A stretch of 64,000 nucleotides of DNA from positions 12,028,001-12,092,000 of the forward strand of contig OZ365113.1 in the NCBI GenBank assembly GCA_977030845.1, read 5' to 3'. This document shows, in pieces, positions 53,512 through 64,000 of the stretch (positions are counted from its first letter, which is position 1; each line of letters opens with the position of its first letter). Position numbers and translations under genes: made by a program. The DNA is from Fimbriosthenelais zetlandica (Eukaryota). The notes under the pieces were generated by a model. That model worked only from the letters and a program-made list of their open reading frames with translations. It did no database searches and was not told the origin of the DNA.

Positions 53512-53918
53512 TTGGGAAAATGTCTAACGGGTAATACAAGTGAGAAATGTGTAAACTGCTTCTAAAAATTTCGATTTTCAAAAATGATGCATTTTTCGAG
53601 GTGTCCAAGATCCATTAATGCGAACCAAGTCCAAGACCGTGGCAAACACTAAATTGTCGGCACAGTGGCGCCCTCAGGTAGTGGGTGGAGGTACCGTGTA
53701 CGTCTGCTAGCCTTTATGACAAGCCTCGCCTCCCAGCGCGGTATAGGCCTAGCCTCACCGGGAGAGATACTCCGCCTCGCCCTATAGGTATCCACCCATG
53801 AGAACATTGGAACACGCACAAAACGCGCATTTTTAAATTTTATATCAATTTGATTGTAGTTTAAGGCCCGCTAGACTATATACAAAGTTATTAAACTTGT
53901 TAAACTCCTATTCATGTG

Positions 53919-54002
53919 TAGCCCGATAAACTCTGACTCTCTCCAGTCCTGTATGGGATGACCATTCCTGTGTACATAGCAGAGTCGGGGTCTCTCGGGC
54001 TA
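53919..54002. mobile_element. 84-bp hairpin mini-element
   Basis: TAGCCCGATAAACTCTGACTCT / AGAGTCGGGGTCTCTCGGGCTA, 18/22 complementary. Confidence 0.55.
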
Positions 54003-54797
54003 ATGTAGAGAGCGTTGGCCAGATCCATTCACCACTATGCTAGATCTCAGAGGCTAGTTCACCTTTTCGCCGCTAGAAATCTCGGGTCGCTTCAGTCGTG
54101 CTGGCTTGTCCTTTCATAGAGTCCAATGCTAAAGCCTCAAATTGGCACCATTTTGAAAAATCGAAATTTTAAATTAATTTCATCTACACAAAAACCACAT
54201 AGACACCTGGAGATGCTCTCAACTAAGAATAATCCGTTTTATTTGTAATTTTAGACCCATTATTTACAAAGTTATTCAACTTTTTCGACTTTTAGTGAGA
54301 GGGCGCTGTTAAGGTTTTTATAAGGCCAAATTATAGGCCGGTATACGCGCGGCCGATTTGTCAACTTTGTCAAAATCGGGGTTTTCCTCGTTTTTCTTCT
54401 CTGATCTCCTGACATTTGTTAGTATGCGTCATACTTACGAAATAGCCATGGTCTTGAGTGGAAATAATGCAGATTAAATGGAGAAAAGGCCGATTGGAGT
54501 GGACTGACAAACCGGCTCAGTAGCACACATTCCTGTAATCGAGAGTGATTTTTAACATTGAGCCTATGGGCGGGACACTTTTGCCGAATCCGTTAGATTT
54601 TGACATGTTAGCGGTAGAGATTAGCGCTGAAATTTTTTGGGCAAGTTTTGGTGGGTGTCTGGGGTGGACATGGGGCTCGGGGTGAAAGTTGGGGGCCTGG
54701 GAGGGGTACGGGGGCTAAATAATTTTTGCCCTATTGACAGTGGTCAAGCTGCCTCAGGCATCAGGCCAGGATTTATACCCCACCACACCAGCCAAGT

Positions 54798-54867
54798 GCA
54801 TTGTGGTCAAGTGGTTAGAGCGCTGGCACACGGAGTGAGGGATCGGCGGTTCGAACCGCTATCTGGG
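54798..54867 (+). other. tRNA-like Pol III cassette (A/B boxes) at the inner end of the left foldback arm
   Basis: A-box TGGTCAAGTGG at 54804-54814, B-box GGTTCGAACC at 54848-54857, T4 run ~30 nt downstream. T-loop is one nt short and the anticodon stem is unpaired. Confidence 0.6.
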
Positions 54868-55096
54868 AAGGGTCATTTACCCTGAAATAATCTCTTTTAC
54901 ATGGTATATGGTATTAGTTACGAATATCCGAATATATCAAGCTAAACATGAAATAGAGGAGGGTGCATTTTTCGTCGGACAAGAGACTGACAAGGAATTG
55001 GCACAATCTGTGTCACGATTCTGATTTGGAAAATCTTTAATATCTCGGCAACCACTTGGTCTTTTTTCAAAATTCAAAATGTAAAGTCTTAGTCTT

Positions 55097-55164
55097 AGCC
55101 GGTGGAATCGAACCCCGGATCTTTCGCGCTCCAGGCCAGTGTCTTACCTCTAAGCTACCTGGCT
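55097..55164 (-). other. tRNA-like Pol III cassette (A/B boxes) at the inner end of the right foldback arm
   Basis: Minus strand A-box TAGCTTAGAGG (55157-55147) and B-box GGTTCGATTCC (55114-55104), partial acceptor stem AGCC/GGCT. Anticodon stem unpaired. Confidence 0.65.
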
Positions 55165-56179
55165 CATACATTGGTGCAGCTCTGAGGTCATGCATTACAC
55201 CATGCACATTGCAAGGCTGAATCACAACGTTTATAATTATTTTGACCCCCGGCCCCCTTCCCCTTCCCCGAACCTCCAATCCCAACCCCATGTCTATCCC
55301 GAGCACTGCTATAAACTCACTCTAAAACCCCCAGCCCGATTTGAAACGGCTAACCTGTCATAATCCCTTGGAATAGCCCACTGTGTAGGTACTGCCCATA
55401 GGCGCCAATGTTAAAAATTCTCTAGCCCCCCGGACCCCTCCCCGGCCCCCAACCTCCACCCCAACCTCCATTTCTACCCCCAGTACACACCCCAACACCC
55501 TCCCAAAAATTCAGCCTGATCCATTGCTTCTAACATGTCTAAATTCCCTGTTTTCCGTAAAAGTGCACGCTCCATAGGCGCAATGTTAAAAATCACTCAC
55601 GATTACAGGAATGTGTGCCACAGAGCCGGTTTGCCAGCCCACTCCAATCGGCTCTTTCCATACTTAATATTTGTTATTTTCACTCAAAACCACGGCTATG
55701 TATGACTTATGACCTCTACTGATAAATATCAAAAGAGCAGAGACGTAAAACGAAGATAATACCAATGTTTGCGAAGTTGACAAATCGGCTGTGCGTATAC
55801 TGGCCTATAATTTGGCCTTTTAAAAACCTTAACAGCGCCCTCTCACTAAAAGTCGAAAAAGTTGAATAACTTCGTAATTAATTGGTCTAAAATTACAATT
55901 CAAACGGATTATTCTTAGTTAGGAGACCCTTCAGATATCTATGTGGTTTTTGTTCCGATAAATTTTATTTAAAATTTTAGATTTTCAAAATGGACTGAAT
56001 TTCTTCAATTAGCATTGGAGTCAATGGAAGGAGGCGCCTGAGCGCCAGTGGCGACCCATGAACGGCAGAAACGTGAACTACTATGCGCCAGCCAGCATAA
56101 ACGGAGTATCTGTCCCGGTGAGGCTATTCGCTGGGAGGACGAGGCTTGTCAAACAGGCTACAGCCAGCATAGTCTGAAT

Positions 56180-56567
56180 GAAAGTGAAGGAACGCCCAGC
56201 AAGGGTATATAGGCCTTGTGATATTTATAGTAAATAGTGAGGGAACGCCTCGCAAGGGTATATAGGCCTTGTGATATGTAGGCCTATGTGAAATAGTGAA
56301 GGAGCGCCTAGCAAGGGTAGGCCTATAGGCCTGATGATATGTATGGGAAATAGTGAATGAAAGCCTAGCAAGGGTATATAGCCTAGGCCTTGTGATATTT
56401 ATGGGAAATAGTGAGGGAACGCCTAGCAAGGGTATATAGGCCTTGTGATATGTAGGCCTATGGGAAATAGTGAAGGAACGCCTAACAAGGGTATATAGGC
56501 CTTGTGATATTTATGGGAAATAGTGAAAGAACGCCAAGCCCGGGTATAGGCCTTGTGACATAGGCCT
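56180..56567. repeat. Tandem repeat, ~53-59-bp unit, 7 copies
   Basis: Unit GAAATAGTGAAGGAACGCCTAGCAAGGGTATATAGGCCTTGTGATAT, with or without a GTAGGCCT insert. Confidence 0.95.
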
Positions 56568-56659
56568 ACAGCGGCGAAACGGTGAACTACAGTAGGCTAT
56601 TATGATCTCGCCAAAGCTCTCTACTCCTTTCTCGGTGCGTTGGGTAGATCATAGTAGAA

Positions 56660-57343
56660 TAGTTCACCTTTCTGCCGCTTTCGGGTCGCTTCAGTCGCGC
56701 TGGCTTGTCCTTCCATAGAGTCCAATGCTAAAGCCTCAAATTGGAACCATTTTCAAAAATCGAAATTTTAAATTAATTTCAGTTGCACAAAAATCACATA
56801 GATACCTGGAGGTGCTTCCAACTAAGAATAATCCGTTTGAATTGTAATTTTAGACCCATTATTTACAAAGTTATTCAACTTTTTGGACTTTTAGTGAGAG
56901 GGCGCTGTTAAGGTTTTTAAAAGGCCAAATTATAGGCCGGTATACGCTCGGCCGATTTGTCACTTTTGCAGAAATCGGAGTTTTCCTCGTTTTTCGTCTC
57001 CACTCTTTTGAGATGTATCAGTAGAGGTCATAAGTTATACATAACCGTGGTCTTGAGTGAAAATAATATGTATTAGGTAGAGAAAAATCCGATTGGAGTG
57101 GACTGGCAAACCGGCTCTGTAGCACACATTCCTGTAATCGTGAGTGATTTTTAACATTGAGCCTATGGAGGGGACACTTTTGCACAATCCAAAGGATTTA
57201 AACAGGTTAACCATTTCGAATCAGGCTGAATTTTTGTGAGGGAGTTGGGGTCGGTGGCGGGGGTAGACATGAGAGTGGAGGTTGAGGTTGGGGGCCGGGG
57301 AGGGGCCTGGGGGGCTAAATAATTTTTAACATTGGACCCTATG
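56660..57343 (+). mobile_element. Third copy of the foldback arm module (same orientation as the left arm), no matching right end seen
   Basis: Starts TAGTTCACCTTTCTGCCGC and is collinear with 54055-54725. Ends near TTTTTAACATTGGACCCTATGG. Confidence 0.85.
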
Positions 57344-58441
57344 GCAGCAGATATTTGCGCTAGATTATACAAGCGGTAAAACCAGGAACTATTCGTTAAA
57401 ACTGGTTGAGGTTGGCGTTTTAACATGGGGCAATTTCTGCTGTTATCCAAGCTATAAACATCCGGTAACTTCACCTGCTCATAACTTGAAAATCGTTTTC
57501 ATCGATAGGCCTATTGAAGGGCTGTTTTGTGAGCCAAACAGGGATTACAACTAGGCCTACTAAATGTGAGTAGACTGACACTGAATTATAACGATTAACA
57601 GGCCATGCAGGTGACATGTGTCAGGCAGCCTGCTGTACGGGTGTGTGCTCAGGAAATAACCACCGCGATCATGTCTTTAGCTTAATTTAGGCCTACCTTA
57701 GTAGGCCTATGGATGGCGGGGCTAAATGAATGGGCCGTGGGTGTGACACGCATAGAGCTAGTGAAGGGCCCAGGCTTGAAGGGGGAACATATGAGTTATA
57801 TATAACAGACTTCTGTGCGAAAACTATAAAAACTATAGGTAAAAACCTTAATAGATTAATTCAACTAAGGAGCCTATAAAATTTGTCCAATAGGGGAGGG
57901 GAGATAGGACAATAGGCCTAAACGCTAAACAACTGACGTTTTTTGGTTGGTGTAGGCCTAGGCCTAGGCCTACTCATCTAAATTCAACTGTAACATAAGA
58001 AACCCTAGCGAAAACCCGAAGTAAATCACTACACTACACTAGCCTAGGCAGGCAGTGATTAATTTAGTCTAATATAAATCGAGCAAAGCTATAATTTTTA
58101 TTCCGTTTTTGTTCTAAGGTCTGCATGGGGTGTGGCGTGGTAATGAATACGGTACCGTAGGCCTACGGATTTATTGCATGTGGGCCCTACATATCCAAAT
58201 TAGTAGGCCTAGCCCCCATTTTGTGGTGGAAAGACGTATACCATGATGTTATTACCATCCACTACTTAGATTGATTTTATTTTTCTTCCTACGCCCCTGT
58301 ATTTGTTTGTAAAGTAATAATATAGGCCTACGTGTTCACCCTGAAGTCTCTTTATTATATTTTCCACCTATCTTCAAAACCAAACGATTTTATTGGGGTA
58401 GGCTTATGGAATTCCTCATACGTGGAGATAGGTGGAGAATA

Positions 58442-59019
58442 CGGTGGAGTCCGCCTATAACGAACACGCTTAAAACGGTTATTACGAACTGAATCCCAAG
58501 AACCGATTCATTTCCTGTTAAATCTAATGTAATTTGGTCCGCATATAACGAATTCGTTATAGCGAATTTCCCGCTTATAACGAAGTGATTTTCAGGAACA
58601 AATTGAGAAAAAGTCCGCCTATAACGTAGTCGAATACCTCTATAATCCCCATTCCATTTTCATAATCCTTATCTAACCCACACATAACTCTACCCACCCC
58701 AACCCACCCACCTCTACATTCACCCGTGATGCAAGTGTCATGGGTCAGTCCTCACGCCCCCACCCTCACCCGCCTCCGCTAAATCAAAGCTCCCGTGAGT
58801 TTGTCCCGTAAGTTCGTACAGGGTCTCTGGGCTAAGTTGGACTATAGTATAGGGCTGCATAATAGGTCCCGCATTTCATCATCCCTTGATTACTGCCTGC
58901 ATCCCCGCCTACCGGCTGATAGGGACACTAAGAAACTCTATATACGCTTAGAACGAAATTTCGGTTATAACGAATTGGAGTGCTGGAACAAATCGCTTCG
59001 TTATAGGCGGACTCCACTG
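58442..59019. mobile_element. Tc1/mariner (pogo/Tigger-type) MITE, 578 bp
   Basis: TA|CGGTGGAGTCCGCCTATAACGAA ... TTCGTTATAGGCGGACTCCACTG|TA. 23-bp TIRs (22/23), TA TSD, and internal TATAACGAA repeats. Confidence 0.9.
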
Positions 59020-60684
59020 TATAATATAAAGAGACTTGATAGCTGCCTCAGTTGTAAATGGAAACAGTGGCGTCTACCAATGTGAAAAGTATGTGCCTAC
59101 ATGGCCTACAGCTGTGTGGAATTAAATGGGAGTTGGAGATCATAAAAGTCCAGGTCGGACTGACCAAATGATTTTTCCAAGTGATAGCAAAACAAAATGG
59201 GAGTCTCAGATTGTAGGCTAAATGTCGAGTTCTGACTAGATTAAATATGTTAAATTGACATGAAGCCAAGAGAGTAAGACATTGGGAGAGGTGGCTGATA
59301 ATATGCTGTGTCACCTAGTCCAGGTATCTTTTAATGGGGCCCGATGTTATATTTCATCATTGTTTTCCTTTAAAATATCTTTGACACGGTTTTTTTCCGA
59401 GTCCATTGATCACAGACAATTAGGAAGCAGTGAACGACTTGATTGGTGTTTTATAGATTTGTTGTTACATATTTTCTCGGTTACCAACTTATAATTGACA
59501 GATCAGGGTGGTCAGGTCAGTCTGGGTGTGTTCAGAAACCGTGGACCTTACCAAAAAACTTCTCTCTAAGTCAACTTGTCCGAAATCAACCATAAAAAGT
59601 ATGGTATGAATAGAAAACACATTTTCCTAATATCGCAATTTTTTATATTCGGTTTCAGACCATTGGGATGATTTGTATTGGCTTATTGATCCGAAAACCT
59701 CCTGCACCGCCTTGCTTACAGGTGTGTGGACACGCTTGTCCTGGAATCTCACTGGCAAGTTCCTACGGAAATATTCATGAAAATGTAAGTTTTTAACCAG
59801 ATTTGTCAGCTAATTTTGTGTTGAACATTAAGTTCGTATTGTAGGGATTGTATATTGATGTGTTATAATATTTTACATGTTGGATATCTGGGAGAAAATT
59901 GGATCTTGAATTGTGCAAGTTGTCTGAAAGTTACACTAGTACATGTGTACAATATGGCGTCCCCTCGATCACCTTGCTGGTTTTGTGAAACGCATGATTC
60001 GAAATTACTATGTGTAAGCCTACAGATATATAATTTCTATGAAGGTTCCCAACTTCAGCGTTTAAATTAGGACTATGAAAATTTGTCCGCCTTTAAATAT
60101 GATACTTATATAATGTGTTTACAGGGCTCGAAATTAAATGTTGAATCTGGTGGACCGTGCAGACCACTAATCTATAGATTACATTTAGCTGGTCAAATTT
60201 AAGTTTAGTAGTCAATAAATGCAATATGAAATTTAGTTAGTAAGGGAAATAACGCAGTTATCAAAATACCAGAATCGCAGACAATTTAAGAGGTACAAAA
60301 TGGTCCACCAAATTTCCAATTTCTGTAAACTATCCTAAGTTTCCTCCTAATTCTTTTTGCCCTTCCCGTCTCTCTTCCACACGCCACTGTTTTTCATGCT
60401 AATAATTGTACTCTTTCACATCTCTGTACAATATATTTTTCCTTTTGCTAATATTTGGTGTTTCTTTCAGGACTGAAACTTTTGAGTCATTGGTACTGGA
60501 TCTGCTAAATGCTAAATGAATATTATTTATCATATTTTAGGGGAAAAATCGTTCTGCCACGCCCTGCTGCATCGTCATCGTCTCTACTTCTCCAGCTTCA
60601 CATGAGAGAACATTTCTTCATGCACAACAATCATCCGAGTTCCTCCTGACTACCTGGCTGAAGGTAAGACAATTAAACTAATTA

Positions 60685-60968
60685 ATGCACAAGTCAATGT
60701 GCCTCCGAACACCGCCCCCGCGGGCTGACCTGGGGGTTTAGACCATTTGGGGCAGAACGACGCCGGGATTCAGACTGTAGATTTTTCGTCTTGGAAATTT
60801 CAATACATTAACATTATAACCAGTGATCATAATATTATTATGAAATCACAGCATTTTCGACTTATAATTGTAAGGATACCCGGGAATTAAGACCTAATTT
60901 TTGGAGTTGGTCTGAAATCTCCTGGTCAGCCTGGGGGTTGGCGGAGGGCGGTACATTGACTGGTGCAT
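60685..60968. mobile_element. MITE-like element with ~60-bp imperfect inverted repeats, 284 bp
   Basis: ATGCACAAGTCAATGT...GGCTGACCTGGGGGTTTAGACC versus GGTCTGAAATCTCCTGGTCAGCC...ACATTGACTGGTGCAT. No clean TSD. Confidence 0.7.
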
Positions 60969-61499
60969 ACTAGGTGTTAAGTATCTTTTGCATGTTTTGG
61001 TCAACTAAGCACAATTATTAACATGTTCTCTGTACTTTCGACTTGTCGGGGTCTTGTCTGTTCCTTTCCTTATCAGCTGAGTCTTTTGTGTAATTAAAAC
61101 ATAGGTAGTTTCTCGTTGAGGGCTTGTCCAATGTTTCTTCTTAGTGCATGGAGTCGATTATCTTACTGTCTATTGTCCGTTTGTTGGCGATTCATGTAAG
61201 TTGTAGATAGACATGAGTTTGGTACCTCTTAGTTTAAAAGCTTCTCCCATTTCATATAGTTTTGCCATCGTTTTTTCAGATATTATAATGGGTAAAGTAA
61301 AGAAAGTAAAAAAAAGGAAGACCAATATAGATAAACATTAATTTTGTTATTTCCGCCGAGGAAACCCGCAAAAAACAGGAATCAAGACAGAACCGATGAC
61401 ATAGATTTCAGGCTAATGATCTAAAGAAAGAAGGGATAGTAATACATTTTCTTGGCCTTATAATTATATCTTTAATTTCATTATAATTCTTTCATGGCT

Positions 61500-62400
61500 T
61501 TTAGGTTTATCTCTGTCCGCCTAGTCTATGCTATTGTAGCTCCCTGATATAATTCTACTTTTAAAATCTATTATCTCATTGAGTGAGGCTACTTAGTCGC
61601 CTATTATTTCCTTATATTGTAGTTGTATTCTATATTGCCTCTGTACTGAGTGCATTGTATACTCGTCCATTCTATCTTTTGGATTTAATTCTATTGACAT
61701 TTATCTCCTTTCTCTCTCATGAAGTAGAGTGTCTTATTTTGTCCAGCCTTTTGATTATATTTCTGTTCTAAATTAGTTTATTATATTTTATTAGTTTATC
61801 ACGATGGCTCCTTCTTTTTTTTAGCTCCTTGATATTTTTGTCCATGTCAAATCTATTAAGCTCCATTTTCTCACTGAGTATCGGTTAATTTGTCCCTATT
61901 CTCTTATACTCTTATATATTGTAGACAAAGCTTTATCTTAGAGTTCATGTTCTATCCTCGTCGATTCTATTTTGTGGACCCATCTGGATTTAATTCGATT
62001 AGCATTGACCTCCCGTCCCTCCCATTAAGTCTTATAAATGTAGTCCAAGTTTTTTTTAGATCCATTTTTATTTGTAGATTTAATATAGTATATGATCCTA
62101 CTTGATATTCTTGTCTCTATTTGAAGTTTTAAATTCGCTTTGTTAGGGCAGTTATTTTAGTTTAGTTTATTTTAGTTTCTAGTGACAGGCTCGTCTTTAG
62201 TCCATTTGTTTTTTATAACCCAGTTTTATTTGTAGAATTTATTGAGTATATTCCATCCGACTCCATTTTGTTACGGCTATTTGATTAGATTTAGTTCAAT
62301 GCAGTATACCCTAGCTCTATCTCGAGTTAGTTCTTGTGTTAGGACAGTTCTTTACCATTTATTTTGTCTACAATTCCTTTACAATCTTCTGTAGCATTCA
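61500..62400. repeat. Diverged ~300-bp tandem units, ~3 copies, T-rich on the plus strand
   Basis: Anchors GGATTTAATT at 61681 and 61986 and AGATTTAGTT at 62287. A second anchor family AGCTCC(C/T)TGATAT occurs at ~61538 and ~61823, with a related CTTGATAT near 62100. The minus strand gives a recurring IELNP/IELNL peptide. Confidence 0.65.
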
Positions 62401-62605
62401 ATCGAGTTTTCTTCAGTTCAGTCAATTTCCATTGAACTTAGGATATTTATTCTGTGCTGCTTCTCTATATTAAGTTTCTCCTTTCTAATCCAAATCGGTG
62501 TATGTATTTCTTTTATATATATTCCTGTGCTTGGGCCAGCCATTCACCATCCAAATTCGCTCGTTTCCTCCCTCCTACATCCTCCCTCACAGCCTGGTCC
62601 ATAGA

Positions 62606-62907
62606 CCCCCCCCCCCCCCCCCCACCCTGCTTACCCCTACCCCCACTCCTTCCGTATGCCTGCCTCCTAAGAATTCCTTCATCCCCCATCTTCCCCTCGC
62701 TCCCAACCTTCTCCCTCTCTCCCTCCCTACTTTCTCCTCCCTCCCAACCTTCTCCTCCCTCCCAACCTTCTCCTCCCTCCCTACCTTCTCCTCCCTCCCT
62801 CCCTCCCTACCTTCTCCTCCCTCCCTACCTTCTCCTCCCTCCCTACCTTCTCCTCCCTCCCTACCTTCTCCTCCCTCCAAATCTTCTCCTCCCTCCAAAC
62901 CTTCTCC
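62606..62907. repeat. Poly-C (18 nt) plus 18-bp pyrimidine minisatellite (CCTTCTCCTCCCTCCC(T/A)A), ~11 copies
   Basis: Seen directly. This is the source of the Pro-rich and REEKVG-repeat ORFs in the track. Confidence 0.92.
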
Positions 62908-63648
62908 GACTGCAACTCACTCCTCCAGTCTCCACTCTAACTCGCCCTCCAGTCAACCCCCACCCCCACTTTTATTATTCTCCCTCTATCAATGGATATT
63001 CCTACACCTATAAATTTTATTTTATTTCCTGTCACCCTCCCCACTCTCAAAGCCTGGTCCATAGTGTTCTCCCGTTCCTTTATACGTCTGCCTCCTAAGA
63101 ATTCCTACATCCATCCTCCCTCCCTCAACTCCCACTTCTCCAAAATTTCCTCCTGCCCCTCAGTCCATCAATTTTGCTTGGTTTTCGTCACAGGGGCTAG
63201 TGCAGGCATAGAAATAAGTCAATTTTGGTTCTATTCAATGTCTGTTTCAGGTAGTTTTAAGATATTCTCTTATAACCCTGTCTACTAAGTTCATTTCTAG
63301 TCTATCTTGTTAAGTTTCCTTGGTCCTTCACACTGTCAACTAATGCTCTGGTCTTCCTTTCCTTCTTATAAGTCCTTTAATATTCTTTTCTAACTAATAT
63401 AGTTTAAGTACCTTCTTAAGTCTAATGTTCATTTAAGTTTTACTGCTCCTTTCCTTTCCTTCTTTTAAGTCCGATAATATTCTTTTCTAACTAATTTAGC
63501 TTAAGTACATATCCACTACTGCTCTGTCAGCTTTTCAAAATTATTCTATCTCCACTGTCACTGTCAACTACTGGCAATGTCTCTTATAGACACTGTCATA
63601 GTTGACAGTTTATTTTTTTTTTCTTATTTCTATTCTATCTTCTTCTCT

Positions 63649-63899
63649 ACTGTCAACTAGTTGACAGTGCTTCTACTACACTAGTAGAAGCAACTTTTTT
63701 TTTTTTTTTATTTCCTTCTCTACTGTCAATAGTGACTAGTCACTACTGACAGTTGAGTTTGGAAAATCTTCTAAGTCCAAAGCTACTGTCAATGGCCAGA
63801 GGGGCCAGTTGACGTTGACACTCGAGATAGGTTCTGCCCACACGGCCAGGATTTTTCAAAAAATGACCTCCAGACTTAACCCCCATGACAGGGGTTAAG
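63649..63899. repeat. Cluster of four near-perfect palindromes/hairpins
   Basis: 63649-63668 perfect 20-bp palindrome; 63669-63691 10-bp stem with 3-nt loop; 63722-63753 32-bp palindrome with one mismatched pair; 63875-63899 9-bp stem with 7-nt loop. Confidence 0.9.
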
Positions 63900-64000
63900 C
63901 CCAGAGGCACATCTTTTAATTTGTTCAGTCAATCTTCCCATCAATTGGGCAAGAAAGACCAAACAAATTAAAAGAGCTGTAAAAGGAATACAAACATATA

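Larger units (their letters stand above)
54055..56080. mobile_element. ~2-kb foldback (long inverted repeat) element
   Basis: Left arm starts TAGTTCACCTTTTCGCCGC and right arm ends GCAGAAACGTGAACTA. Long shared blocks in opposite orientation include TTTTAGTGAGAGGGCGCTGTTAAGGTTTTT, GCACACATTCCTGTAATCG and GATTTTTAACATTG..CCTATGG. The right arm carries one extra ~175-bp subunit. Confidence 0.85.

Noticed and set aside
51665-55164. Three tRNA-like sequences as functional tRNA genes
   Set aside because: A and B boxes are present, but the anticodon stems do not pair and the T/acceptor arms are defective.
52794-56567. Regular short arrays (52794-53097, 56180-56567) as possible CRISPR-like loci
   Set aside because: They are head-to-tail tandem units without unique spacers, in a eukaryotic context with no cas genes.
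60122-60320. CAGGGCTCGAAATT, a hAT-like left terminus
   Set aside because: No matching right terminus or TSD found downstream.
60541-60663. In-frame TGA in the phase-1 reading (SFT*ENISSCTTIIRVPPDYLAE) as possible selenocysteine
   Set aside because: No selenoprotein similarity and no SECIS visible; the exon itself is unproven.
62454-63098. Long Pro/Ser-rich ORFs (214 aa, 171 aa) and the antisense REEKVG/EGGEGR ORF
   Set aside because: They arise from the poly-C run and the 18-bp pyrimidine minisatellite, which lack stops by composition.

Overview
AT-rich eukaryotic (invertebrate-animal-like) genomic DNA. I see no prokaryotic features, rRNA, convincing functional tRNA or CRISPR array. The one intact gene I can support is a three-exon, plus-strand Golgi carbohydrate sulfotransferase of the CHST11-14 (Sulfotransfer_2) family: exons 30964-31144, 33346-33443 and 33812-34708, 391 aa, with splice phases that reconcile. 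The ORF track captures only parts of it. About 0.5-30 kb and 35-49 kb contain stop- and frameshift-riddled coding relics: a LINE RT tail, Ty3/Gypsy pol pieces, a SWIM-like finger and several I cannot assign. About 45.7-61 kb is a dense cluster of better-preserved non-autonomous elements. These include PIF/Harbinger- and Tc1/pogo-type MITEs, a hAT-like MITE with a 5-bp TSD, palindromic elements, and a ~2-kb foldback whose arms each end in an inward-facing tRNA-like A/B-box cassette. The last 2.6 kb is a strand-skewed block of internal duplications ending in a cluster of near-perfect palindromes. Family calls for the degenerate relics come from my own motif reading and need HMM/BLAST confirmation.
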